The translations under genes were made by a program, and so were the position numbers. A stretch of 64,000 nt of DNA, from NCBI GenBank assembly GCA_951406725.2, contig OX597840.1:3906001-3970000 (forward strand), written 5' to 3'. Source of the DNA: Octopus vulgaris (lineage: Eukaryota). How positions within the stretch are numbered: position 1 is the first letter of the stretch; each line of letters opens with the position of its first letter. The notes below the pieces were generated by a model. It was not told the origin of the DNA and did no database searches. It was given only the letters and a program-made list of their open reading frames with translations. This document shows positions 40,821 to 56,020 of the stretch, in pieces.

Positions 40821-41072
40821 CGTACATGCTAACATACAGAGAGAGTGAGTGAGAGAAAGAAAGCATTGCATTTACAAACAAATATTATTGTCAATAACAA
40901 ATATAATTAACTAATTATATATATACATATATATGCATGTATTTATATGTTGAGTGTACGTGTGTGTGTATACATATAAGTTGTGGGCTTCGTCGAATCA
41001 TTATATAAAATAACAAGTGCCGTTAATAATATTGCCATATATATGTATATAGATATATACATATCTATATAC

Positions 41073-41121
<49 letters not shown>

Positions 41122-41159
41122 CATATATATATATTTATTTACATATATATATATCATAT

Positions 41160-41224
<65 letters not shown>

Positions 41225-41518
41225 GAGAGAGAGAGATGCGTGTATGTGTGGTTGTGTGTTTTAGTTAGTTTGTGTGTGTGTGTTTTAGTTTGTTTTTGTG
41301 TGTGTCTGTAAGTCTGGCTATTGATGGCTGCGTGTATGTACGTTTTTACGTATATATTTGTTTCAGATTTTTCTCCCTAGCTTTTTCGACTCTCTTCCAA
41401 AGTTTTTTTTTTATGCATCACATGTTGCAAAGACTTTCTAACTTGTTAAGTATTCGTTCTGCTCTTCTCTAATAATTCAGAGAGATTAAGTGGGCTGTAC
41501 TACCACTGATATATGCAT

Positions 41519-41650
<132 letters not shown>

Positions 41651-41689
41651 GCATACATACATACATACATACATACATACATACATACA

Positions 41690-41720
<31 letters not shown>

Positions 41721-41935
41721 TGATGTAGATATATGTAGTTGATCTTAACAGAATATTAAACTATAAGCTTATACATGTACTTATATATTTATGATATATA
41801 TACATATAATCTATAACATAATCTTATATATATATGCATACGTATAATATATATACACATATATATATATATATATATACATGTATATATACATGTATAT
41901 ACATACTCACACACACGTACATATATGCATACACG

Positions 41936-42027
<92 letters not shown>

Positions 42028-44282
42028 CGAACCGATAATATACTAGTTAGTTACTTACGTCAGCTTCAGTCCATCTCTACTGTGAACGATCTTTATTCTT
42101 GGAAAGGTAGAAGATCAGTGTTTCGATTTTGCAAGTGTAACTGTAATAACCAATAATTACCAAGAAAGACCATTATTGAACATTGCCCAAGCAAAATTCC
42201 AGCGATGCCTATGGCTGGCGTTATTACACCAGCAGTCAGTTTCATCCAGGTTTGTGTCCAAGATTTCCATGCTCGCCGCGTTTTTCTCCTGCTCGACCGG
42301 ATATCGGAAAGTTCCGTCACGGGCGATAGTGCAACCTAAAATCTTCGGTCTAATAAAGCTGGCATATCCCTTCATCGATGCTCTCCACAATTTTGGTCTG
42401 AATCATAGACAAGAAAGAGCAAAACATACAGTACCAATATAGGTCACAGGTTCAAGATTGTGAGAACGCAAGCAAATGAGAACCCAAAATGTTGAATGTC
42501 ATTCCCTGCATAACTGATTCTATATTAGAGTGGCCATCTCCTAAAGATTGGTTTTAACAAAAGCTGAGGGGTGCCTCACTCCCAGTCGTCTTCCGGTACA
42601 CTGGACACCAGCCTGGAATTTCTGATGTCTGTGCTATTGCTAAATATTCGCTGAACTTTCATTAGGCTCATCCCTCCTTTCACAGGTCTTGTTTTTAGCC
42701 CTTTTGAGTTTCTAGCAAACTTCCTCACCAGGTGTGCCTTGTTTAGTTGCTGGCGACTCGATCAAGCAACAAGTTGTTCTGGATTCCATGTTACCAGTAG
42801 CACTCATGAGAGACCTCACAAGTAGCTTGACATGTGTGTGTGTGTGTGTCTGTGTGTCTCTGTGTGTCTCTGTGTCTGTGTATGTCTGTGTGTGTCTGTA
42901 ACTTAGCGGTTCGGCAAAAGAAAACGATAGAAAAGTACTAGGCTCTAAAAGAATAGGTCCTTGGGTCGATTTCTTCGACTAAAACATTTAAGGCGGTGCT
43001 CCAGCATGGCCGCCGTCAAACGACTGAAACAAATAAAGATATACATATGCGTTCATATACGTATGCCTACACACACATACAAACGCGCATACACACATAT
43101 ATACATACATGCATACATACACACATACATACACACACACATACATACACACACACATACATACACGTACAAAATATATTCGTTTCAATTCCCGTAAAAG
43201 AATATACATATGCATTCATATACGTATGCCTATACACACATACATACATACATACACACATACACACATACACACACATACATACATAATTACATACACA
43301 CACACATACATACATACACACATACATACACATACATACACACACACATACATAGATACATACATACATACATACACGTACAAAATATATTCGTTTCGAT
43401 TCCCGTAAAAGAGTCATGCGTTGTTGTTCTTGAGCAAAATACTTCCCCTCACCTTACTCTTTGACCGCTTCGTCATCTAAAGTGCGGCACACCGTTCATC
43501 TGCTGCTATAAGCAATGTCAATTCGAAGAAGGAATTGAGTTAATGTGCGTAACAAACATCTGATCACTCTAAACCAATCATTTCTTCAGTTTTCTCAATA
43601 AGAAATTGCAGAACCATCTTTCTCAGATGACAAGAGACTACCACCATGTACGTATGAACGTATGTATGAACGTATGTATGAACGTATGTATGTATTCCAA
43701 CATACATTTGTCTTTTACAGTGTTTCAATGCCCGTGTGTAATACAATAGATTTTCTATCTATAACTAATTGAACGTAACGTTGTCATTAACATCCAAGGG
43801 GAATTAATTTTTCAAGACTTCATTTCGTTTTGTTTTTGTTATACATATATTTTTATTTTATTTATTTATCTTTTTTTTTTTGTCAGCAGATTTTCCTGTC
43901 TGTATATTTTTCTACTATAATGACACTTCCTTTAAATACTATAATTCTTATAAAATAATGTTATTTTTCATCTAGAATATTATTGTTGTAATATTTATCA
44001 TTTTTATAATTTTCTTCCCTCTTCATAACCTTGTTATTGCGACTACCATCGTCTAACACAATGACACACACAGACATACACACACACTCACACACACATA
44101 CACACACACTCACACACATACACACACATTCAAACACACTCATACATATGCACATCCAACAAATACATACATATATACAACCACACATGTGCACACACAC
44201 GGACACACACAGACATGAGCATAAGCGCACAAACACATACACATATATGAACACATACATATACAGGCACATACACACACAC

Positions 44283-44321
<39 letters not shown>

Positions 44322-44957
44322 CACGCACCCGTACAAAAGGACACGAACATATACACACATACACGAGGACACAGCTACATGAGCATTCACATGGAGGCAC
44401 ACGAGCACATAGCACCCAAACACGCACACAAACACACATACACGCACACAAATACACCAACACGCACATAAACACAAATACACTCATATATACGCACACA
44501 AGCGCATAAACTCACACACACACACACACAAAACTAACGCACACATATACATAGAACCACACACACACACACACAAAACTAACGCACACATACACATAGA
44601 ACCACACACACGCACACACACATACACACATATCGCACAATCACATATGCACACACACACACACACAAACGCACACACACACACACACAAAACGCACACA
44701 CACACACACACACACATAAACCCACACACACATACAAACGGCCACATAATGATAGAAGAAATATTTTTTCATTTTTAAGTAGTCCAAAGCCGGAAGGTGT
44801 TTTAGAAAATAAATTATTATCGTATAAAGTGGAGGGGGGGAACTATTAAGGAAAGCAATAAAATATATTGAAATAAGTAGGGGAGGGGGTAAGGAATATG
44901 ACGTTTGCTTACGTTAAAAATAATAATAATGTTCACCTACATTGGCACAATGATACA

Positions 44958-45046
<89 letters not shown>

Positions 45047-45047
45047 T

Positions 45048-46590
<1,543 letters not shown>

Positions 46591-47249
46591 ATACTGTGGT
46601 TTTATATTCACTTAACTGTAGCCCCTACTTCAACACACACAACGTTACGAAATGCATAACGTTCTGTTATTTCGAATAAAATATTCGATAATTTTTAAAA
46701 GCCAGAATGAAGAAGGAAACTGTATCAGTATTGATTAAATACTTAGCATAATTCACTTACATTGAAAAACCCCATCGATATTGACTTAGCCTTGGTGAAG
46801 ATCGATAAAATAACATAGTTATATATCTACTTATATGACTGAAAGAAAACACCAATACCTCGGGCGAAGCGACACATACTTTTATACAAACTAGGGGGAC
46901 TACTACAGTGTTGCATACAGATGCAATTTGAATTGGAGGGAAGGGGAAAAAAATAAACTGAAACTTCCTTCAACCGAGATTATCTACTTATCTCTATTTA
47001 ACTTCAACTATATTCCATCCTGTTGTCTATTTACATATTTGTGACACTTAGCATTGCCAATGTAAAAAGAATCAATATTACTATTATATGCTATTTATGT
47101 GTAATTTAATTTGAATCGCGGTTAGGGCGAAAAGATGTAATGGCAGACATATTTGATACGTTATTTAACAAGAATGAAAATAATATTAGTTAAGCCAAGA
47201 AAATTTGCCAGAGATAAACCAACACAAATGTACAGATTACAGTATAGTT

Positions 47250-47463
47250 ACTCTCTCTTTACTCTTTTACTTGTTTCAGTCATTTGACTGCAGCCATGTT
47301 GGAGCACCGCCTTTAGTCGAGCAACTCGACCCCGGGACTTATTCTTTTGTAAGCCCAGTACTTATTCTATCGGTCTCTTTTGCCGAACCGTTAAGTAACT
47401 GGGACATAAACACACCAGCATCGGTTGTCAAGCAATGCCAGGGGGACAAACACAGACACACAA

Positions 47464-47521
<58 letters not shown>

Positions 47522-47682
47522 GACGGGCTTCTTTCAGTTTCCGTCTACCAAATCCACTCACAAGGCTTTGGTCGGCCCGAGGCTATAGTAGAAGACACTT
47601 GCCCAAGGTGCCGCGCAGTGGGACTGAACCCGGAACCATGTGGTTGGTAAACAAGCTACTTACCACACAGCCACTCCTGCGC
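47250..47682 (-). mobile_element. SINE family A, full length and little diverged
   Basis: Complete head, internal (TA)n and tail. Confidence 0.9.
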
Positions 47683-47921
47683 ATGTTATTAGTGTTATTA
47701 TTATTAGAAATATTGAATTTCTAAATGTCTCAGAGAGACATGAGCGGTGGTGGGGCGATATAGTGGTTGTATACTGTCAACTCAATGTGACAGTCCCGTA
47801 AAGGGAATCACACCACCGCTATTTAGCCCTTGGACGCATCGACGCTTCCTGTCGGCTTTGACACATTTCCTGTGACCTTATATTTGTTTTTGTTATTGTT
47901 GATGTTATTATTTTTATTATT

Positions 47922-48474
47922 ATTGAGTTAGAGAGTAGCATATGTCATCAAATTGACACTGGGGTACAGATAAACGATCCCAGTGCACCCATCATGTCTA
48001 CTCGTCTGATAAGGGTACACCAGGCACATGCATCACAACCATATGTGTGTGACATGGTGATCTCATATCAAGATAAACAGCGCACGATCTTGCAGGAGGG
48101 GGCCCAGTTACGATTTTCTTCTGGTTGAGTAACCCATCTCGCTCAAAAGGTCCCTGAATAAGGTTTGTTTAAGGATGTTGAACGAAACACCCATGTTTCC
48201 AGATGTGAAATATTCAAACCCCAAAGAATTCCAAAGGGTTATGATGCTTCCCCCAATACTTCTGCTCGTTATCAGAGATGCACATATCATCAGCCACTAA
48301 GGGACATGCTCAACTGGTTAAGGTCAAACAATTGACAAGCAAATCTGCGGTACTGAGCAGAATATTTGCTGTAGCCCATATTTTATACCAAGACAAAACA
48401 ATGTACATGATAACACTTCCTATCAGTTAAGATCAGAAGCCATGAGAGGCACTGCCTCGTACCGCATCAGGGCA

Positions 48475-48476
<2 letters not shown>
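47922..48476 (-). mobile_element. Non-coding (TAA)n-associated element, ~555 bp
   Basis: Homologous to 11760-12095; (TTA)n at both ends. Confidence 0.75.
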
Positions 48477-48571
<95 letters not shown>

Positions 48572-48990
48572 GAAGATGTTGCACAGTATCCAATATTGTG
48601 ATGTTGTAGATTGAAGATATTTTGCGTACAGGGGGTTTGTACTGTTTGTCAAATCACAACAAGGACTTCAGACAGACAGTATTTTACGCAGAATGCGTAC
48701 AGTTCCAAGTAAAGCTGATTTTTGCATTGTACCAAGATTGTAAGGTATTTCTAAAGTGTCCAGATGTTTCTTCAAGTCGGATAGTTTTGAACCCAATGCT
48801 CCGATTGTCTTTCTCATCATTTGGGACCGTAAAGTTAATTATCTGGCACTTTCTTTGTAATCTCAAGTTTTTAAACAAACATAATTTTCTTATGGTTTCT
48901 TAAACATTCACTAGAACAACACTATGTACAAAACCAAATATATGGCACCCTAGGCATAACACCAACAGGAACTTCTAACTTATTGTCTTC
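48572..48990. mobile_element. Two R4/Dong-like 3' fragments in opposite orientation
   Basis: Minus 48600-48857 encodes CQIINFTVPND.. and, frameshifted, ALLGTVRILRKILS; plus 48857-48988 is the reverse complement of 49588-49718. Confidence 0.65.
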
Positions 48991-49035
48991 TGTTACTACT
49001 AAATCAGGCCTTATTGTTACTATTTTTATTATTAT

Positions 49036-49406
49036 TACTTCCGCCTTAGCGAAGGCGGAGGTATTGTTTTCGTTCGCGTTTTTTTTTCTTTGTTTGTTTG
49101 TCTGTGAACAAGATATCTCAAGAACCGCTGGATGGATTCCAATGAACTTTCAGGGATCTTTGGCCTCGTGACTTGTACGAACTGGTTAGATTTTCGGATC
49201 GACCCAGTACCGGTCAAGGATTCTGGATTATTTTTCCTGTTTTTCACTTAATTTTTGAAAGCGTTCGGGTTCATTTTAGTATTCTCATTTGTGAGAGCAG
49301 TCGAGTTTATTTCAGATATTCTCATTTTAATAATCATCTCTGGCTAATCGTTGAGAGGACGTTGGTGTTGCCTTGGCGGAAATTTGTGCTCTCTGAGTGC
49401 TCTTGT
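49036..49406 (+). mobile_element. Helentron-associated (HINE/DINE-like) non-autonomous element
   Basis: 5' tacttccgcc..aaggcggagg..tgtttgtttgtctgtg..aaccgctggatggatt; subterminal inverted repeat ccttggcggaa and 3' stem-loop gtgctct-ctg-agtgc. Confidence 0.7.
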
Positions 49407-49411
49407 TGTTA

Positions 49412-49496
<85 letters not shown>

Positions 49497-49519
49497 CATT
49501 ATTATTATTATTACTATTA

Positions 49520-50135
49520 TCTTATGTTTGACTTTTGCTTTACATTTGTACAAGTTGGCTCCAAGTCTCACTCAGAGACCTCAAGAGACAACAAGTTAGA
49601 AGTTCTTGTTGGTGTTATGCCTAGGGTGCCATATATTTGGTTTTGTACATAGTGTTGTTCTAGGGAATGTTTAAGAAACCATAAGAAAATTATGTGTTTT
49701 GTTTAAAATTTGAGATTACATAGACAGTATTTTACGTAGGATATGGGCAGTTCCCATGAGCACTATCTTTTGAATTTCTGCCATTTTGGGATTTCCTGGT
49801 ATCTTTGCTATCATTCCCAGGGCACCTATGACAACAGGTATTGTTTTTGTCTTCAGGTTCCACATTTTGCTAATTTCTATTTCAAGATCTTTACACTTGC
49901 TCAGTTTTTGGTAGGTCTTGACAGATACGTTTATATCGATTGAAGCAGTCACATAAATGAGGAAGTAGGATTTTTGCCTGAAGTCTTTCAATACAATATC
50001 TGGCCTATTTGCATCAATCTTTCTGTCAGTTTGAATGGTGAAGTTCCAGAGGAGTGACATGTGGTCATTTTCAAACACTGGGGGTGGTTTGTGTTCCCAC
50101 CAGTTTTTATCATGGAGCAAGTCCAGGTTTTTGCA
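49520..50135 (-). mobile_element. R4/Dong-like retrotransposon 3' end with restriction-like endonuclease
   Basis: ORF 49716-50120: WWEHKPPPVFENDHMSLLWNFTIQTDRKIDANRPDIVLKD..KDLEIEISKMWNLKTKTIPVVIGALG..GTAHILRKILSM; (TTA)n on both sides. Confidence 0.88.
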
Positions 50136-50136
50136 A

Positions 50137-50208
<72 letters not shown>

Positions 50209-50971
50209 TGATGAAAACTCTCAGATTATTTTGCTGGGTACATTCGTAACAGTTCCATGTGAGTTTCTTTCTGCATGACCAAATCCATCTCGGTATCCTT
50301 GCTCTATGTGTGGTCTGAGTGTGTGTAGCATTGACTTTTTGATAGAGTAGTATTCACACATGTTTGGTTTTTGTCATTTGATCCTACCGCGTGATACACT
50401 GAGTGTCTTAAGAGACTTCTCTCGCAGTTTTGGTCAGCTATAGCTTTTCAAGTGAAACTTAGTAGGCAGAAAGTATGTAAAATATCATCGTTGGAGCCTC
50501 TTTTCATCCCGAGTGGTTGATTTTTGCCCGCTTTAATAAACCTGCAACATTCTAAATATAAGATCAGAAATAACAACTAAATGCTCCCACTTTTACAAAT
50601 ACATTCTGAATCACAGAACAAACCATACCTCTACTTGATTTACTGATTCTATAATACCTAATACTTTACCAGAAACAATCTTATAATCTCACTAATAGAT
50701 GCTCCTGGCTTCAATATATATTATTAGCAATTTTCAACATTTTCTACTCGATTTTTACATAAAAATTGTCTTTATATCAAAACGGTTCAATAACTTAGCT
50801 ATTCACTAGAATCATTGGCAGCCTGCTGTTTCACCTTTCACAATGAATAATAAAACACATTTTATTATATCAATATTACTTTTTCAACACTAAGTATTAC
50901 CTTTCCGTACATTTTTCTCATAGTCTCTCCCTTTTGTTCATCTTCCTTGTATATATTTTCATATAGGTGTA

Positions 50972-51062
<91 letters not shown>

Positions 51063-51406
51063 GTGTGTGTTTATACATATATATAGATGTATATATATTT
51101 ATATACATCCGTTTTATAAAATCATGGATGACCTAAATACCACAGTTCGAGAGAATATTCGTCATATTATCATGCGCCATCTTTATTACAATATTTATCT
51201 ATTTCTTAAAACATTTTTTTATATATTAAATATTTTATTTATATTCTATTACTTCAGATGTCTTTTTTTATGTTAAACGATAAGAAATTTGTTTTTCCGA
51301 AAAATTCGATTCGAAGTAAACAGAAAATATACTTTATTATGCATGCATTCGCATTTTTATATGCAAGTTTGTATGCATGTATTTTACATATAATTGTATA
51401 GATAGC

Positions 51407-51479
<73 letters not shown>

Positions 51480-51502
51480 GGACGGACGGCGGAGAAACAG
51501 AC

Positions 51503-51586
<84 letters not shown>

Positions 51587-51670
51587 TGATATACAGACAG
51601 GCAATCAGACAGACAGATAGACATATATATATAGATAGATAGACAGGCAGACGGATAGACAGACAGATAC

Positions 51671-51773
<103 letters not shown>

Positions 51774-52078
51774 TGCATATACACATGTATATGTATGTAA
51801 ATATGCTTGCAATAATGTATATATACATAATTAAGGATATAATCAATTAATTATAAGTAGCCAGCATGTAACAAAAACCATATACATAAAAAATTAATAT
51901 AGATGTATAATTATATATAGTTATAATTAAGAATACAGCGAAACAGCACTCAAATGCTAGAGATAGACATCGAATGACTCTAAAAACCACTTCAAATTAC
52001 ACTCCTTTAACACAAGGTTCAAAGCGAGGAAATGAATATAAGAGATTTAGTAAAAATATGTTGTTCTTTTTTAGGTTT

Positions 52079-52132
52079 ATTCTAGATCATCCGATTTCTA
52101 GTTTACCAATAATTTACCGTCATCAGCAGAAT
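52079..52132 (-). ncRNA. Type I hammerhead ribozyme motif
   Basis: ATTCTG CTGATGA cggtaaattattggtaaacta GAAA TC GGAT GA TC TAGAAT; stem II weak. Confidence 0.65.
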
Positions 52133-52248
52133 ATACCAAGTGTACATCTGTGTAAATATATAATCATACCCATACAAATACATGCGTATATATAGGCATG
52201 TATTTGTATGGGTGTGATTGTATATTTACACAGATGTACTTTTGGTAT

Positions 52249-52308
52249 ATTCTACTGATGACGGTAAAGTAATAATATTGCTGAACCAGAAATCGGATGA
52301 TCTAGAAT
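52249..52308 (+). ncRNA. Type I hammerhead ribozyme motif
   Basis: ATTCTA CTGATGA cGGT..ACCa GAAA TC GGAT GA TC^TAGAAT; intact CUGAUGA/GAAA/UH core, predicted cut after C52302. Confidence 0.75.
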
Positions 52309-52457
52309 TAACCGCAAAAAGTATTTTTATAAAATCCCTTTTATTCATTCTCTCGCTTCCAGCCTTGTGCTAATGGAGTGAGATTTGAAGTGGCTTTTAG
52401 AGTCATTTGAAGTCTATCTCTAGCATGTCGTATATATATATATATATATATATATAT

Positions 52458-52620
52458 ACGACAGGTTTCTTTCAGTTTCCATCTACCAAATTCACTTACA
52501 ACGATTTAGTCGGCTCGAGCATTTGCTAGAAGACACTTGCCCAAGATGCCATGCATGGATTTGAACCAGGAACCATATTGTTAGAAAGCAATCTTCTTAC
52601 CACGCAACTTCGCCTGTCCC
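52458..52620 (-). mobile_element. SINE family A, 5' half
   Basis: ctttcagtttccatctaccaaattcac..gaagacacttgcccaag..ttcttaccac. Confidence 0.75.
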
Positions 52621-52881
52621 ATGCATATATGTGTATGATAGACATGTGTATGGATGTATGTTTGTGTGCACGTAGGTGCTTGTGCTCAAAGAATTTATCT
52701 TGGTTTTAATTGACAACACAAAAGCTTAAACGTTAGAATTAAATTCAGAAATTAAAAATACTTTTAAAAAAATAAAATCACTTCTTTTCATTTTATTCTT
52801 CTATAAATTCTTTAAAGTCTTAATCTTCTTATGATTAAAGAAATGTAAGTTTGGCCAGAAACAGAAATCATTATTATAATT

Positions 52882-53437
52882 AAGGCGGCGAGCTGGAAGA
52901 AACGTTAGCACCCCGGGCGAAATGCTTAGCAGTATTTCGTCTGCCGCTACGTTCTGAGTTCAAATTCCGCCGAGGTCGACTTTGCCTTTCATCCTTTCGG
53001 GGTCGATAAATTAAGTACCAGTTACACACTGGTGTCGATATAATCGACTTAATTCTTTTGTCTGTCCTTGCTTGCCCCTTCTGTGTGTAGCTCCTTGTGG
53101 GAAATAAAGAAATAAGAAACGTTAGCGCGCCGGGCGAAATGCTTAGCGCTATTTCGTCTGCGTTACGTTCTGAGTTCAAATTGCGCCGAGGTCGACTTTG
53201 CCTTTCATCCTTTCGGGGTCGATAAATTAAGTACCAGTTACGCAATTGGGTCGATATAATCGACTTAATTCTTTTGTCTGTCTTTGCTTGTCCCCTCTAT
53301 GTTTAACCCCTTGTGGGTAATAAAGAAATAAGAAACGTTAACACGCCGTACGAAATGCTTAGCGGTATTTCGTCTGCCGTTTGTCTGTCCTTGTTTGTCC
53401 CCTCTGTCTGTAGCCCCTTTAAGGCAGTAAAGAAATG
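52882..53437 (+). mobile_element. SINE family M multimer (about three units) with 20-bp TSD
   Basis: Units restart at agaaacgtta; agaaacagaaatcattatta at 52857-52876 and 53438-53457. Confidence 0.85.
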
Positions 53438-53634
53438 AGAAACAGAAATCATTATTAGGGCTGGCAGAATCGTTAGCACGCTGCACGCTGCACGAAATGC
53501 ATAGCAGTATTTCGTCTGTCGCTATGTTCTGAGTTCAAATTCTTGCCTTTTATCCTTTCGGCGTCGGGGTTGAGTACTGGGGTCGATGTAATCGACTAAT
53601 CCCCCCTCCAAATTTCAGGCCTTGTGCCTATAGT

Positions 53635-53927
53635 TCGTTTGTTCCTTCTCGAGCCACGTCTGGTTCATAAGGGCCGGTTTCCTGGTTTCCTTGGCGTATA
53701 GGTTCCCCACCTGGACGGGACGCAGGTGAGCTGCAAGATGCAGGAGGAAAGAGTGAGAGAAAGTTGTGGCGAAAGGGTCAGCAGACGTTCGCCATTACCT
53801 TCTGTCGGAGCTGCGTGGAGCTTAGGTGTTTCGCTCATAAACACACACATCGCCCGGTCTGAGATTCGAACCCACAATCCCTTGACCGCGAGCCCGCTGC
53901 TCTAACCACTAGGCCATGTGCCTCCAC
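53635..53927 (-). mobile_element. SINE family B inserted in a SINE M tail, 12-bp TSD
   Basis: Close homolog of 19493-19798; tgtgcctatagt at 53623-53634 and 53928-53939. Confidence 0.88.
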
Positions 53928-54295
53928 TGTGCCTATAGTAGAAAGGATTATTAGAAAGAATCAGACATCAGGACAGTGAGTGGGAAAACTCTTTGGAACT
54001 TCTGGTAAAAATCCCTTGCGACATTTAGCTGCGGATCTTTACGCTTTGAGTTCAAATCCCACGATGGTTGACTTTGTTGTTTTTTTCTGTTTTGTTTTTC
54101 CTTCTAGGTCGATAAAATTAAGTACCTGGGTAGATTTTAGCAACTGAGTCATTTTCTTTGTCTCCTAATATTTGACCTTGTACCAAACATCAGTACGGTG
54201 GCTTGACCGAATCGTTGGAGCTGCTGGCAAAATATTTTGTGTGATATTTAGTTCAAATTACGTCGCGGTAGAGGTCGACTTGGACGACGAAAGCA

Positions 54296-54918
54296 TTACT
54301 ATTGCAACTACTACTACTACTACTACTACTACCACTAGTTCTACTACTACCGCCACTACTACCACCAACACCACCATCAATACTACTACTACCACCAACA
54401 CCACCTTGACCGCTACTACTACTACTACTACCACTAGTTCTACTACTACCGCCACTACTACCACCACTATACTACTGCAATCAATAACATCAGCATTACT
54501 ACTACCACCAACACCACCACCACCATGACCGCTACTACAACAACTACTACTACCGCTACTACTACTACTACTACTACTAGTTCTACTACTACCGCCATTA
54601 CTACCACCACTATACTACTGCAATCAATAACATCAGCATTACTACTACTACCACCAACACCACCATCAATACTACTACTACCACAACACCACCATGACCG
54701 CTACTACTACTGCTACTACCTCCATTACTACGACCACTATATTACTGCAATCAATAACATCAGCATTATTACTACTACCACCAACACCACCATGACCCTA
54801 CTTCTACTACTAACACAATTACCACCACCAACACCACCACGATCACTAATACCACCACAACAAACACCAGCAACACCACTACTACTACTACTACTACTAC
54901 AACTACTACTACTACACT
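54296..54918 (+). repeat. (ACT)n/(ACC)n compound repeat with higher-order duplications
   Basis: actgcaatcaataacatcagcatta occurs three times. Confidence 0.85.
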
Positions 54919-55329
54919 CATTCCGCTTAGAGCTGAACTTTTACACTGGAGACTATGGCACTATTATAACAACATACCCAGAACGGAGATTGTTCAAACG
55001 CTGAACTAAAAGATCTAAATTTGTGACAAATTCGGTCATACTTTTCGATAAGATGATCCACGCAGGTCAAAGGATTAAGGCAATTTCGTCCAGATTACTA
55101 TTAGAGTCGGAGATTATATCAGCAAATTAAAATGTCCGCCTAATCAACGCATTTAATTCCAACGAATGGCATTATATTTCTTGAAGAGCACGAGAAACTA
55201 TGTCCGATAATTGAGTAGGATCTGATCTGGAAATGGAGGTAAGATTAAATTTAAGTGTAGGCAACGAAAACAGAAAAATCCATATCATAATATAAGGATG
55301 GTTTTGTCTCCTTAGCAATAGTAAGAAGG

Positions 55330-55391
<62 letters not shown>

Positions 55392-55470
55392 CCGTGTGCA
55401 TATGTGTGGCTAATGCTTATTATCATTGCTAAGACAAGTATTACCAAGGAATTATATATGTGTGTATGTG

Positions 55471-55530
<60 letters not shown>

Positions 55531-55534
<4 letters not shown>

Positions 55535-55790
55535 GGAGTAAACACATAAATGTGAAACAAGGTGGAAAGAAGAGTACTCAAATACCAGGGGTTGAGTAAT
55601 ATGCTTTATTTAAAAACACCAGAAATTCAACAAAACCTGTTACTCGGAGTTTCACGCGCGCACACGCATACATCCTTCTTATTATTGCCATGGAGACAAA
55701 ACCATCCTTATGTTAAAACTGTCCGACGAACGGGAACGTGAAACTCTGAGTAACAGGTTTTGTTGAATTTCTGCTGCTTTTAAATAAAGT
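55531..55790. mobile_element. (TA)n-embedded Penelope-like inverted-repeat element
   Basis: Arms at about 55602-55656 and 55737-55790, a 70-bp extension on the left, and a hammerhead overlapping the right arm. Confidence 0.75.
55715..55761 (+). ncRNA. Minimal type I hammerhead ribozyme motif (U4 to C)
   Basis: AAAACTGT CCGACGA ACG GGAA CGT GAAA CTCTGAG TA^ACAGGTTTT; predicted cut after A55752. Confidence 0.7.
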
Positions 55791-55811
55791 ATATATATAT
55801 ATGTATATATA

Positions 55812-55861
<50 letters not shown>

Positions 55862-56020
55862 TATATATATATATTTATATATATATATATGTACATGGCC
55901 TGCTCGTTTAGCCAGCGGGGTGGTGTCATGTGAAGGCTAAAACACCATGCGAAACGCATTGTGACCACCGATGTGTAGCAACATTTGATAGCCTGGTCGG
56001 TCACGGTGATATATATATGA

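Larger units (their letters stand above)
51828..52430. mobile_element. Hairpin element E4 with a hammerhead in each arm
   Basis: Diverged palindrome at about 51954-52427 centred near 52190, plus a ~125-bp extension homologous in layout to E1-E3. Confidence 0.8.

Noticed and set aside
42093-42442. Three overlapping 75-88 aa ORFs as a protein-coding exon
   Set aside because: No recognisable domain and no frame open between the plausible splice sites.
43040-43412. Short tandem duplication in CA-rich sequence
   Set aside because: Ordinary slippage-type duplication with no further structure.
54172-55004. Thr-rich mucin-like ORF
   Set aside because: Compound (ACT)/(ACC) repeat that shifts frames and starts inside a SINE remnant.
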